Shown one piece after another: positions 29,601 through 33,276 of a stretch of 64,000 nucleotides of DNA (the stretch's first letter is position 1; every line of letters begins with the position of its first letter). The notes below the pieces were generated by a model. It was not told the origin of the DNA, made no database searches, and worked only from the letters and a program-made list of their open reading frames with translations. Position numbers and translations under genes: made by a program. The DNA lies in assembly GCA_965237805.1 (NCBI GenBank), contig OZ250153.1, forward strand, positions 1,588,382-1,652,381. The letters are read 5' to 3'. The stretch comes from Gammaproteobacteria bacterium (GTDB taxonomy: Bacteria; Pseudomonadota; Gammaproteobacteria; JABABF01).

Positions 29601-30046
29601 GTATTGATCTGCGTTTGAGCGGGGTGTCCGACGGCGCTGTGGTGACGGTGACGGTGACGGCCGATGGCTTGTCGGGCACGGCTGATGTGGCGGTGGATGT
29701 GGTGGCGACGGCGCTGTCGGTCTCGGCACCGGCGACGGTGGTGTCGGGCGCGAGCTTTGCGCTGACGGTGACGGGAGTCGATGCGAATGACGCGACGGAC
29801 ACGGGCTACAGCCTGTCGACGGCGGCGGTGTCGGCTTCGCCGGGGACGATCGCGGATCTGAGTCAGACGGGCAACGAGTTGAGTGTGAGTGTGAGCGGGG
29901 TGACGGACGGTGCGACAGCGACGCTGACGGTGGCGGCCGATGGCTTGTCGGGCACGGCAGTTGTGGCGGTGGATGTGGTGGCGACGGCGCTGTCGGTGAG
30001 CGCCTGCACCGGAGCCGGTGGTGTCGGGTCAGTCTCTTCACGCTGA
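11624..30046 (+). CDS. Giant repeat protein, main fragment (6140 aa, ~65 Ig-like units of at least 8 subtypes)
   Basis: 18.4-kb uninterrupted frame. It consists entirely of 93-97-aa units such as VVATALTVSASPDPVVSGQSFTLTVTGVDADGATDTGYSRSAATTVTASVGTLVEESSTATSIDLRLSEVADGADVTLTVTDGSVSGTAAVTVN. Confidence 0.85.
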   Translation: MTLTVTDGSVSGTAAVTVNVVATALTVSASPDPVVSGQSFTLTVTGVDADGATDTGYSRSAATTVTASVGTLVEESSTATSIDLRLSEVADGADVTLTVTDGSVSGTAAVTVNVVATALTVSASPDPVVSGQSFTLTVTGVDADGATDTGYSRSAATTVTASVGTLVEESSTATSIDLRLSEVADGADVTLTVTDGSVSGTAAVTVNVVATALTVSASPDPVVSGQSFTLTVTGVDADGATDTGYSRSAATTVTASVGTLVEESSTATSIDLRLSEVADGADVTLTVTDGSVSGTAAVTVNVVATALTVSASPDPVVSGQSFTLTVTGVDADGATDTGYSRSAATTVTASAGTLVEESSTATSIDLRLSEVADGADVTLTVTDGSVSGTAAVTVNVVATALTVSASPDPVVSGQSFTLTVTGVDADGATDTGYSRSAATTVTASVGTLVEESSTATSIDLRLSEVADGADVTLTVTDGSVSGTAAVTVNVVATALSLSASVEPVLSDRSFLLTVAGVDADGATDTGYSLSAMATVTASAGTLVEDSRAGQVIGLSLSGLAAGSTALLTVIDDGLEGQLELTVAAVAVVSLDVAAPETVVSGAAFTVTVTARDANAVVISDADLSAATAAVSVGTLSAFSLSGNNTLSMELRAVPDDTTSTLTVSLGSVSSTDTVTVDVVATVLTVSAPETVVSSQTFTLTVTGVDADSATDTGYSRSVTAMVTASAGTLVEESSTATSIDLRLSEVADGADVTLTVTDGSVSGTAAVTVNVVATALTVSASPDPVVSGQSFTLTVTGVDADGATDTGYSRSAATTVTASAGTLVEESSTATSIDLRLSEVADGADVTLTVTDGSVSGTAAVTVNVVATALTVSASPDPVVSGQSFTLTVTGVDADGATDTGYSRSAATTVTASVGTLVEESSTATSIDLRLSEVADGADVTLTVTDGSVSGTAAVTVNVVATALALSASVEPVLSDRSFLLTVAGVDADGATDTAYSLSATAMVTASAGTLVEDSRAGQVIGLSLSGLAAGSTVLLTVIDDGLEGELELTVAAVAVVSLDVAAPETVVSGAAFTVTVTARDANAVVISDADLSAATAAVSVGTLSAFSLSGNNTLSMELRAVPDDTTSTLTVSLGSVSSTDTVTVDVVATVLTVSAPETVVSSQTFTLTVTGVDADSATDTGYSRSVTAMVTASAGTLVEESSTATSIDLRLSEVADGADVTLTVTDGSVSGTAAVTVNVVATALTVSASPDPVVSGQSFTLTVTGVDADGATDTGYSRSAATTVTASAGTLVEESSTATSIDLRLSEVADGADVTLTVTDGSVSGTAAVTVNVVATALTVSASPDPVVSGQSFTLTVTGVDADGATDTGYSRSAATTVTASVGTLVEESSTATSIDLRLSEVADGADVTLTVTDGSVSGTAAVTVNVVATALSLSASVEPVLSDRSFLLTVAGVDADGATDTGYSLSAMATVTASAGTLVEDSRAGQVIGLSLSGLAAGSTALLTVIDDGLEGQLELTVAAVAVVSLDVAAPETVVSGAAFTVTVTARDANAVVISDADLSAATAAVSVGTLSAFSLSGNNTLSMELRAVPDDTTSTLTVSLGSVSSTDTVTVDVVATVLTVSAPETVVSSQTFTLTVTGVDADSATDTGYSRSVTAMVTASAGTLVEESSTATSIDLRLSEVADGADVTLTVTDGSVSGTAAVTVNVVATALTVSASPDPVVSGQSFTLTVTGVDADGATDTGYSRSAATTVTASVGTLVEESSTATSIDLRLSEVADGADVTLTVTDGSVSGTAAVTVNVVATALTVSASPDPVVSGQSFTLTVTGVDADGATDTGYSRSAATTVTASVGTLVEESSTATSIDLRLSEVADGADVTLTVTDGSVSGTAAVTVNVVATALTVSASPDPVVSGQSFTLTVTGVDADGATDTGYSRSAATTVTASVGTLVEESSTATSIDLRLSEVADGADVTLTVTDGSVSGTAAVTVNVVATVLTVSAPETVVSSQTFTLTVTGVDADGATDTGYSRSAATTVTASVGTLVEESSTATSIDLRLSEVADGADVTLTVTDGSVSGTAAVTVNVVATALTVSASPDPVVSGQSFTLTVTGVDADGATDTGYSRSAATTVTASVGTLVEESSTATSIDLRLSEVADGADVTLTVTDGSVSGTAAVTVNVVATALTVSASPDPVVLGQSFTLTVTGVDADGATDTGYSRSAATTVTASVGTLVEESSTATSIDLRLSEVADGADVTLTVTDGSVSGTAAVTVNVVATALALSASVEPVLSDRSFLLTVAGVDADGATDTAYSLSATAMVTASAGTLVEDSRAGQVIGLSLSGLAAGSTALLTVIDDGLEGQLELTVAAVAVVSLDVAAPETVVSGVAFTVTVTARDANAVVISDADLSAATATVSVGTLSEFSLSGNNTLSMELRAVPDDTTAMLTVSLGSVSSADTVTVNVVATVLTVSAPETVVSSQTFTLTVTGVDADSATDTGYSRSVTAMVTASAGTLVEESSTATSIDLRLSEVADGADVTLTVTDGSVSGTAAVTVNVVATALTVSASPDPVVSGQSFTLTVTGVDADGATDTGYSRSAATTVTASAGTLVEESSTATSIDLRLSEVADGADVTLTVTDGSVSGTAAVTVNVVATALTVSASPDPVVSGQSFTVTVMGVDADGAEDTDYSLSAGATVVASAGTLEEDSRTTDVFTLRLNEVADGTMVTLTVTDGSVSGTADVAVNVVATALALSASVEPVLSDRSFLLTVAGVDADGATDTDYSLSATATVTASAGTLVEDSRAGQVIGLSLSGLAAGSTALLTVIDDGLEGQLELTVAAVAVVSLDVAAPETVVSGAAFTVTVTARDANAVVISDADLSAATAAVSVGTLSAFSLSGNNTLSMELRAVPDDTTSTLTVSLGSVSSTDTVTVDVVATALSVAAPATVVSGQLFTLTVTGVDEDDATDTGHSLSTATVSAAPGEIADLSQTGNELSVSVSRATDAETVTLTVAAGGLSGTAAVVVDVVATVLTVAAPETVVAGASFALTVMGVDADSATDTDYSLSSTATVTAAAGTLLPVTRTPTGNGFGGLSLSVVSDGDVVTLTVTDGVLSSAGTADVEVDVVATELTVAAPAMVVAGASFALTVTGVDADSATDTDYSLSSTATVTASAGTLLPVTRTPTGNGFVGLSLSVVSDGDVVTLTVTDGVLSSADTADVEVDVVATVLALSASVEPVLSDRSFLLTVAGVDADGATDTGYSLSATATVTASAGTLVEASRAGQVIGLSLSGLAAGSTALLTVIDDGLEGQLELTVAAVAVVSLDVAAPETVVSGAAFTVTVTARDANAVVISDADLSAATAAVSVGTLSEFSLSGNNTLSMELRAVPDDTTSTLTVSLGSVSSADTVTVNVVATALSVAAPATVVSGQLFMLTVTGVDADDATDTGHSLSTATVSAAPGAIADLSQRGNELSVSVSGATDAETVTLTVAAGGLSGTAAVVVDVVATVLRLEPSQDPVNGGSPFTLTVTGVDADDATDTDYSLSATATVTASAGTLVEDSRTTAGFELNLSGVGDGTLVTLTVTDGALSNTLDVTVQAAAASLLVAAPATVVSGADFTVQLTALDAGDNVIPNHNLSAAQATASVGNLILVSQTTDTLTLQLRGVSDSASAVLTVMEGSASGTDTVAVDVVATALSVSAPETVVSGASFALTVTGVDADDATDTGYSLSTATVSAAPGAIADLSQMGNELSVSVSGVTDGATATLTVAADGLSGTAAVAVNVEATALTVSAPETVVSGTSFTLTVTGVNSADETDTDYSLSNVTVTASTGMLTTVQTSTGFELRLSGLADGTMVTLTATDSVLSSADTADVVVNVEATALTVSAPETVVSGTSFTLTVTGVNSADETDTDYSLSNVTVTASTGMLTTVQTSTGFELRLSGLADGTMVTLTATDSVLSSADTAAVAVNVVATALTVSAPATVVSGASFALTVMGVDAAGATDTGYSLSNVTVTASSGTISGQSQTSTGFELSLSGVADGTMVTLTATDSVLSSADTVAVAVNVVATALTVSALATVVSGASFALTVTGVDAAGATDTGYSLSNVTVTASTGTLTTAQTSTGFELSLSGLADGTMVTLTATDSVLSSADTADVTVDVVATALTVSAPATVVSGASFALTVTGVDAAGATDTGYSLSNVTVTASSGTISGQSQTSTGFELSLSGVADGTMVTLTATDSVLSSADTVAVAVNVVATALTVSALATVVSGASFALTVTGVDAAGATDTGYSLSNVTVTASTGTLTTAQTSTGFELSLSGLADGTMVTLTATDSVLSSADTADVTVDVVATALTVSAPATVMSGASFALTVTGVDAAGATDTGYSLSNVTVTASSGTISGQSQTSTGFELRLSGLADGTMVTLTATDSVLSSADTADVTVDVVATALTVSAPATVVSGASFALTVTGVDAAGATDTGYSLSNVTVTASSGTISGQSQTSTGFELSLSGVADGTMVTLTATDSVLSSADTVDVAVNVVATALTVSAPATVVSGASFALTVTGVDAAGATDTGYSLSNVTVTASTGMLTTAQTSTGFELSLSGLADGTMVTLTATDSVLSSADTAAVTVDVVATALTVSAPATVVSGASFALTVTGVDAAGATDTGYSLSNVTVTASSGTISGQSQTSTGFELSLSGVTDGTMVTLTATDSVLSAADTVDVAVNVVATALTVSAPATVVSGASFALTVTGVDAAGATDTGYSLSNVTVTASTGTLTTAQTSTGFELSLSGLADGTMVTLTATDSVLSSADTADVTVDVVATALTVSAPATVVSGASFALTVTGVDAAGATDTGYSLSNVTVTASSGTISGQSQTSTGFELSLSGLADGTMVTLTATDSVLSSADTADVTVDVVATALTVSAPATVVSGASFALTVTGVDAAGATDTGYSLSNVTVTASSGTISGQSQTSTGFELSLSGLADGTMVTLTATDSVLSSADTADVTVDVVATALTVSAPATVVSGASFALTVTGVDAAGATDTGYSLSNVTVTASSGTISGQSQTSTGFELSLSGVTDGTMVTLTATDSVLSSADTADVVVNVEATALTVSAPATVVSGTSFTLTVTGVNSADETDTDYSLSNVTVTASTGMLTTAQTSTGFELRLSGLADGTMVTLTATDSVLSSADTAAVTVDVVATALTVSAPATVTSGVIFALTVTGVDAAGETDTDYSLSNVTVTASTGMLTTAQTSTGFELRLSGLADGTMVTLTATDSVLVSTDMVDVTVQAAAASLLVDAPATVVSGADFTVQLTALDAGDNVIPSHDLSAATATVSVGTLSLVSRTADTLTLQLRGVSDSESAILTVMEGDAIGTDTVTVNVVATALSLVSNVAEITAGAQTGVTVTGIDADGAMDTGYSLSLAPQITASMGVTVTGITVFPTGSGSHLVQFTLSGAPDGSELLLTMTATPQNGGLVGSTSVTLNVVATALRLSAPATVVSGTTATLTVTGVDAAGATDTGYSLSNVTVTASTGTLTTAQTSTGFELRLSGLADGTMVTLTATDSVLLSADTVAVTVDVVATALTVSAPATVVSGQLFTLTVTGVDADGATDTDYSLSTATVTASAGALVEESSTASSIDLRLSEVSDGADVTLTVTDGSVSGTAEVAVDVVATALSLSASVDPVVSGQLFTLTVTGVDADGATDTGHSLSSTATVTVSAGTIADFSQTGNELSLSLSGVTDGATATLTVAADGLSGTVAVTVDVVATALRLSASVEPVLSDRSFLLTVAGVDADDATDTGYSLSASATVTASAGTLVEASRAGQVIGLSLSGLAAGSTATVTVIDDGLEGELELTVAAVAVVSLDVAAPETVVSGAAFTVTVTARDANAVVISDADLSAVTAAVSVGTLSAFSLSGNNTLSMELRAVPDDTTSTLTVSLGSVSSADTVTVDVVATALTVAAPATVVSGQSFTLTVTGVDADGATDTGYSLSTATVTASAGTLVEESSTATSIDLRLSGVSDGAVVTVTVTADGLSGTADVAVDVVATALSVSAPATVVSGASFALTVTGVDANDATDTGYSLSTAAVSASPGTIADLSQTGNELSVSVSGVTDGATATLTVAADGLSGTAVVAVDVVATALSVSACTGAGGVGSVSSR
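13088..17308 (+). repeat. Higher-order repeat: three copies of a 1407-bp (5-domain, B-C-D-A-A) super-unit
   Basis: Boundaries at 13088, 14495, 15902 and 17309 are exactly 1407 bp apart. Copies 1 and 3 give identical antisense ORF translations (13351..13641 = 16165..16455). Confidence 0.9.
22943..27430 (+). repeat. Block of 16 consecutive units of the YSLSNVTVTAS subfamily, partly organised as a 561-bp (2-domain) super-unit
   Basis: Unit starts at 23501, 24062 and 24623 (561-bp spacing). Antisense ORF ladder at 23332/23893/24454 and 23668/24229/24790. Confidence 0.9.
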
Positions 30047-30048
30047 CG

Positions 30049-30952
30049 GTGACGGGAGTCGATGCGGATGACGCGACGGACACGGGCTACAGCCTGTCGA
30101 CGGCGGCAACGGTGACGGCTTCGGCGGGGACGATCGCGGATCAGAGTCAGACGGGCGACGAGTTGAGCTTGAGTCTGAGCGGGGTGACGGACGGCGCTGT
30201 GGCGACGCTGACGGTGGCGGCCGATGGCTTGTCGGGCACGGTTGATGTGACGGTAGATGTGGTGGCGACGGCACTGAGGCTGGTGGCCTCGCAGGATCCG
30301 GTCAATAGGGACACATCCTTCACGCTGACGGTGACGGCAGTCGATGCAGCTGGCGCGACGGACACGGGCTACAGCCTGTCGGCGTCGGCCACGGTGACGG
30401 CTTCGGCGGGGACGCTGGTGGAGGATTCGCGCGCGGCGACCAGTATTGAGCTGCGTTTGAGCGGGGTGTCCGACGGCGATGTGGTGACGCTGACGCTGAC
30501 GGATGGCGTGCTGTCGAGCACGCTGGCTGTGACGGTAACTGCGCGCAATCAGCTCGATATCGATCTCGACGGACGATGTCGACCAAACGGATGCCTTGAT
30601 GATGTTCCGCACGCTGGGCTTTACGGTGTCCTTCCGCACCTTGATCAAGGACGGCACCTTGTCGGGTTTCGTGGTGGCTGGCAGCCCGGCCCTGCTCGAC
30701 GAAGAGCTCAATATCATCGAGCGTATTGAGGCTCTTGAGGCCAGCTCCAACAGTGTCTTGGACATTGATCTCGACGGCGATGTCGACCAAACGGATGCCT
30801 TGATGATGTTCCGCACACTGGGCTTTACGGCGTCCTTCCGCACCTTGATCAAGGACGGCACCTTTTCTGGTGTCGTGGTGGCTGGCATTCCGGCCCTGAT
30901 CGACGAAGAGCTCAATATCATCGTGCGCATCGAGCAGCGCGCCGGCCTCTGA
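30049..30952 (+). CDS. Giant repeat protein, C-terminal fragment: last 2 Ig-like units plus two 68-aa dockerin/EF-hand-like modules (1-nt indel near 30572 splits it into ORFs 30049..30729 and 30596..30952)
   Basis: Continues the repeat consensus (LTVTGVDADDATDTGYSLS...). LDIDLDGDVDQTDALMMFRTLGF occurs twice. The first copy reads gacggAcgatgtc against gacggcgatgtc in the second copy. Confidence 0.65.
30553..30949 (+). repeat. Two tandem ~204-bp (68-aa) C-terminal modules, each starting with an EF-hand/dockerin-like loop
   Basis: LDIDLDGDVDQTDALMMFRTLGFT(V/A)SFRTLIKDGT... starts at 30553 and 30758. Confidence 0.85.
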
Positions 30953-30993
30953 GCTAGCGCCGCGCCGTAGCCTCCTCGCGAGCTGGTGGGCGC

Positions 30994-31845
30994 TTGGGCA
31001 AAGCCTTGTGCCGCTCGGCACCGCCCGCTGTGGAATTGCTGGCGCTGGGTCGCGCTGACTTGGATATCGCCGACGGCCCGCGCGTGATGCAGCGCTTGCG
31101 CGAGCTGCGCCCGGCGGCGATCATCAACGCCGCCGCCTTCAGTGATGTCGGTGCCGCCGAATGCGATGATGCCGCCGCCCACCGGGTCAACTGCGAGGGG
31201 GTGCGCCAGCTGGCGCTGGGCGCGGCGGCGCATGCGCTGCGGCTGATCCACATCTCCACCGACTATGTCTTCGACGGTGATTTCGGTGCCGCGGTGGCGC
31301 GACCCTATGTGCCGGGAGATTTGCCGCGCCCGCTGTCGGCCTATGGGCGCGGCAAATTGGCCGGCGAGCGTGCGGCCTTGGCCGCGCACCCACAGGGGAC
31401 ATTGGTGCTGCGCAGCGCGTGGCTCTACGATGGCCACAGCCACAACTTCGCCACCGCTCTGCTCGCGCGCATGGCTGCTGGCGAGTCGGTGGCGGTGGCC
31501 ACCGATCAGGTCGCTTCGCCGACTTGGAGCGCCAATCTGGTGCGCGCGATTTGGTCGGCACTGCGTCGCCCGGAGGTGATCGGGCTACTGCATTTCTGCG
31601 ACGACGGCGCGGTGACGCGCCATGTTTGGGCGGCGGCGCTGGCAGAGCTCGCCACGGCGAGTGCGGTATTGCCGGCGGCGGTGACGGTGTCCACGGCGCG
31701 GATGGCGGATTTTCCGGTGCTCGCGACGCGGCCGCGCTACTCGGCCTTGGATTCCAGCCGCGCCGCACAGCTGCTGGCGGTGCCGGTGATGCCATGGCGC
31801 GAGGCCACGGCGCTGATGCTGCGGGAGTATCGCCAGTCGAGCTGA
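30994..31845 (+). CDS. rmlD: dTDP-4-dehydrorhamnose reductase (RmlD/RfbD), apparently 5'-truncated
   Basis: RmlD-like sequence: LRPAAIINAAAF, HISTDYVFDG, PLSAYGRGKLAGE. Between the in-frame TAG at 30955-30957 and a TTG at 30994 there is no ATG, GTG or TTG, yet the frame already encodes the Rossmann glycine loop (RAGGRLGKAL). Confidence 0.7.
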   Translation: MGKALCRSAPPAVELLALGRADLDIADGPRVMQRLRELRPAAIINAAAFSDVGAAECDDAAAHRVNCEGVRQLALGAAAHALRLIHISTDYVFDGDFGAAVARPYVPGDLPRPLSAYGRGKLAGERAALAAHPQGTLVLRSAWLYDGHSHNFATALLARMAAGESVAVATDQVASPTWSANLVRAIWSALRRPEVIGLLHFCDDGAVTRHVWAAALAELATASAVLPAAVTVSTARMADFPVLATRPRYSALDSSRAAQLLAVPVMPWREATALMLREYRQSS

Positions 31846-33186
31846 CTAAGCCTCCACGCGCTCTACGCGGCACAGCAGCTGTCCGCTGCCGAGGCGTGCG
31901 CGCAGCTTGTTGGCGGGGGTGGTGTCCGCAGCGCGGCGCAGGATCTGGCCGCTGTCGGCATCCTGCACGATGGCATAACCCCGCCGTAGCGTTGCCAGTG
32001 GTCCCACCGCTTCCAAGCGTGCACCCTGTGTCTGCAGCTGCGTCGCTGCCCGCTCCAGCGCTCGCTCCAGCGCTCGCTCCAGTCGCTGCGCCAGCTCGCG
32101 CACAGCCGGGCTCAGCTGTTGCAGTTGCCTGCCGCCGCCGCTGTGCAGCTGCCGCTCCAGCTGCTCCAGCCGCTGCCGCTGTCTGGCCAGCCGCTGTGCC
32201 GGGTCACCGAGGCGATGCCGCAGCGTCGCGAGCCGCAGCCCGCTCGCAGCCAAGTGGCGTCGGATGCGGCTGTCGAGCAGACTGGCCAGCGCATCCAGTC
32301 GAGCTCGCAGCTGTACTTGATCCGCGCTCAGCAGCTCGGCTGCCGCCGATGGTGTCGGCGCGCGCAGGTCGGCGGCGAAGTCGGCGATGCTGAAATCGAT
32401 CTCGTGGCCGACCGCGCAGATCACTGGCAGGCGGCTGGCGACGATCGCCCGCGCCAGCCGCTCGTCGTTGAAGGCCTGTAGGTCTTCGACATCGCCGCCG
32501 CCGCGACACAGCAACAGCACATCGGGGGCGGGCCAGTCGTCACCCCTCAGCGCGTTGGCGCGGGCGATGGCTGCCACCAGCTGCTGCGGTGCCCGTGCTC
32601 CCTGCACTAGGCTGGGCACGATGCTGACGGCGGTGGCCGGGAAGCGGCGCCTGAGCACGCTGAGCACATCGTGCAGGGCGGCACCGCTGGGCGAGGTGAT
32701 GACGGCGATGTGGCGCGCTTGGCGCGGCACTGGTTGTTTGCGCGCCTCGTCGAATAGCCCCTCAGCCTGCAGTCGACGGCGCAGCTGCTCGAAGCGCAGC
32801 AGTAGCTCGCCGCGCCCGGCCAGCCGCATCTGCGTGGCTAACAGCTGAAAGCGCCCCTGTGCTGCGAAGATATTCAGCCGCCCGCGCAGCGCCACCAGCT
32901 GTCCGGGTTGTGGCTCGAAGTCGACGGCACCGGTATGTCCTTTGAAGATCACGCAGTCCAGCTGCGCGGCTTGGTCCCTGTCCTTGTCCTTGAGACGCAG
33001 ATACCAGTGTCCAGAGCGCGGCCGACTCAGTTCGCCGATTTCGCCCTCGACCCAGAGCGAGGGAAATTTGCTCTCCAGCAATGAGCTGGCCTGCGCGCAC
33101 AGCTCGCTGACGCTGAGCGCTGGCTCTGGGGCTGTTCGGGGCGGTGGCATGATGCGGCGAGATTGGGGGTGGGGGGTTTTGGGCAT
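31846..33186 (-). CDS. xseA: Exodeoxyribonuclease VII large subunit
   Basis: N-terminal OB-fold signature LSVSELCAQASSLLESKFPSLWVEGEIGELSRPRSGHWYLRLKD. Catalytic core followed by a C-terminal coiled-coil region (QRLERALERALERA). Confidence 0.9.
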   Translation of the reverse strand: MPKTPHPQSRRIMPPPRTAPEPALSVSELCAQASSLLESKFPSLWVEGEIGELSRPRSGHWYLRLKDKDRDQAAQLDCVIFKGHTGAVDFEPQPGQLVALRGRLNIFAAQGRFQLLATQMRLAGRGELLLRFEQLRRRLQAEGLFDEARKQPVPRQARHIAVITSPSGAALHDVLSVLRRRFPATAVSIVPSLVQGARAPQQLVAAIARANALRGDDWPAPDVLLLCRGGGDVEDLQAFNDERLARAIVASRLPVICAVGHEIDFSIADFAADLRAPTPSAAAELLSADQVQLRARLDALASLLDSRIRRHLAASGLRLATLRHRLGDPAQRLARQRQRLEQLERQLHSGGGRQLQQLSPAVRELAQRLERALERALERAATQLQTQGARLEAVGPLATLRRGYAIVQDADSGQILRRAADTTPANKLRARLGSGQLLCRVERVEA

Positions 33187-33276
33187 GGTGCTCGCCAGCT
33201 ATAATAACGATTGCTGTTCAGCGGACAGCCATCCGGCCACTGGTGAGTGGTGCGGACAACATGGCGCGAGGAAATC

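Larger units (their letters stand above)
9724..30540 (+). repeat. Coding tandem array of ~74 units of 279-291 bp (modal 282 bp)
   Basis: Unit boundaries (aatgtggtggcgac) fall at 10029, 10311, 10593, 10875, 11960 and onward, exactly 282 bp apart. A ladder of identical antisense ORFs shows the same spacing. Confidence 0.95.
8640..30952 (+). pseudogene. Single giant (~22.3 kb, ~7,400 codons) secreted Ig-like-repeat protein gene. The frame is interrupted at two indel clusters, so it is either a true pseudogene or a repeat-assembly artefact.
   Basis: ORFs 8640..11132, 11166..11627, 11624..30046, 30049..30729 and 30596..30952 all encode the same repeat family on the + strand. They are joined by short indels relative to the repeat consensus: deletions of 6, 13, 10, 13 and 1 nt at ~11114, 11123, 11196, 11256 and 11616, and 1-nt insertions at ~30033 and ~30572. 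Confidence 0.6.

Noticed and set aside
9724-30540. Regular 282-bp repeat array as a possible CRISPR or satellite
   Set aside because: The units are contiguous with no unique spacers. They are ten times longer than CRISPR repeats and maintain one long protein-coding frame.
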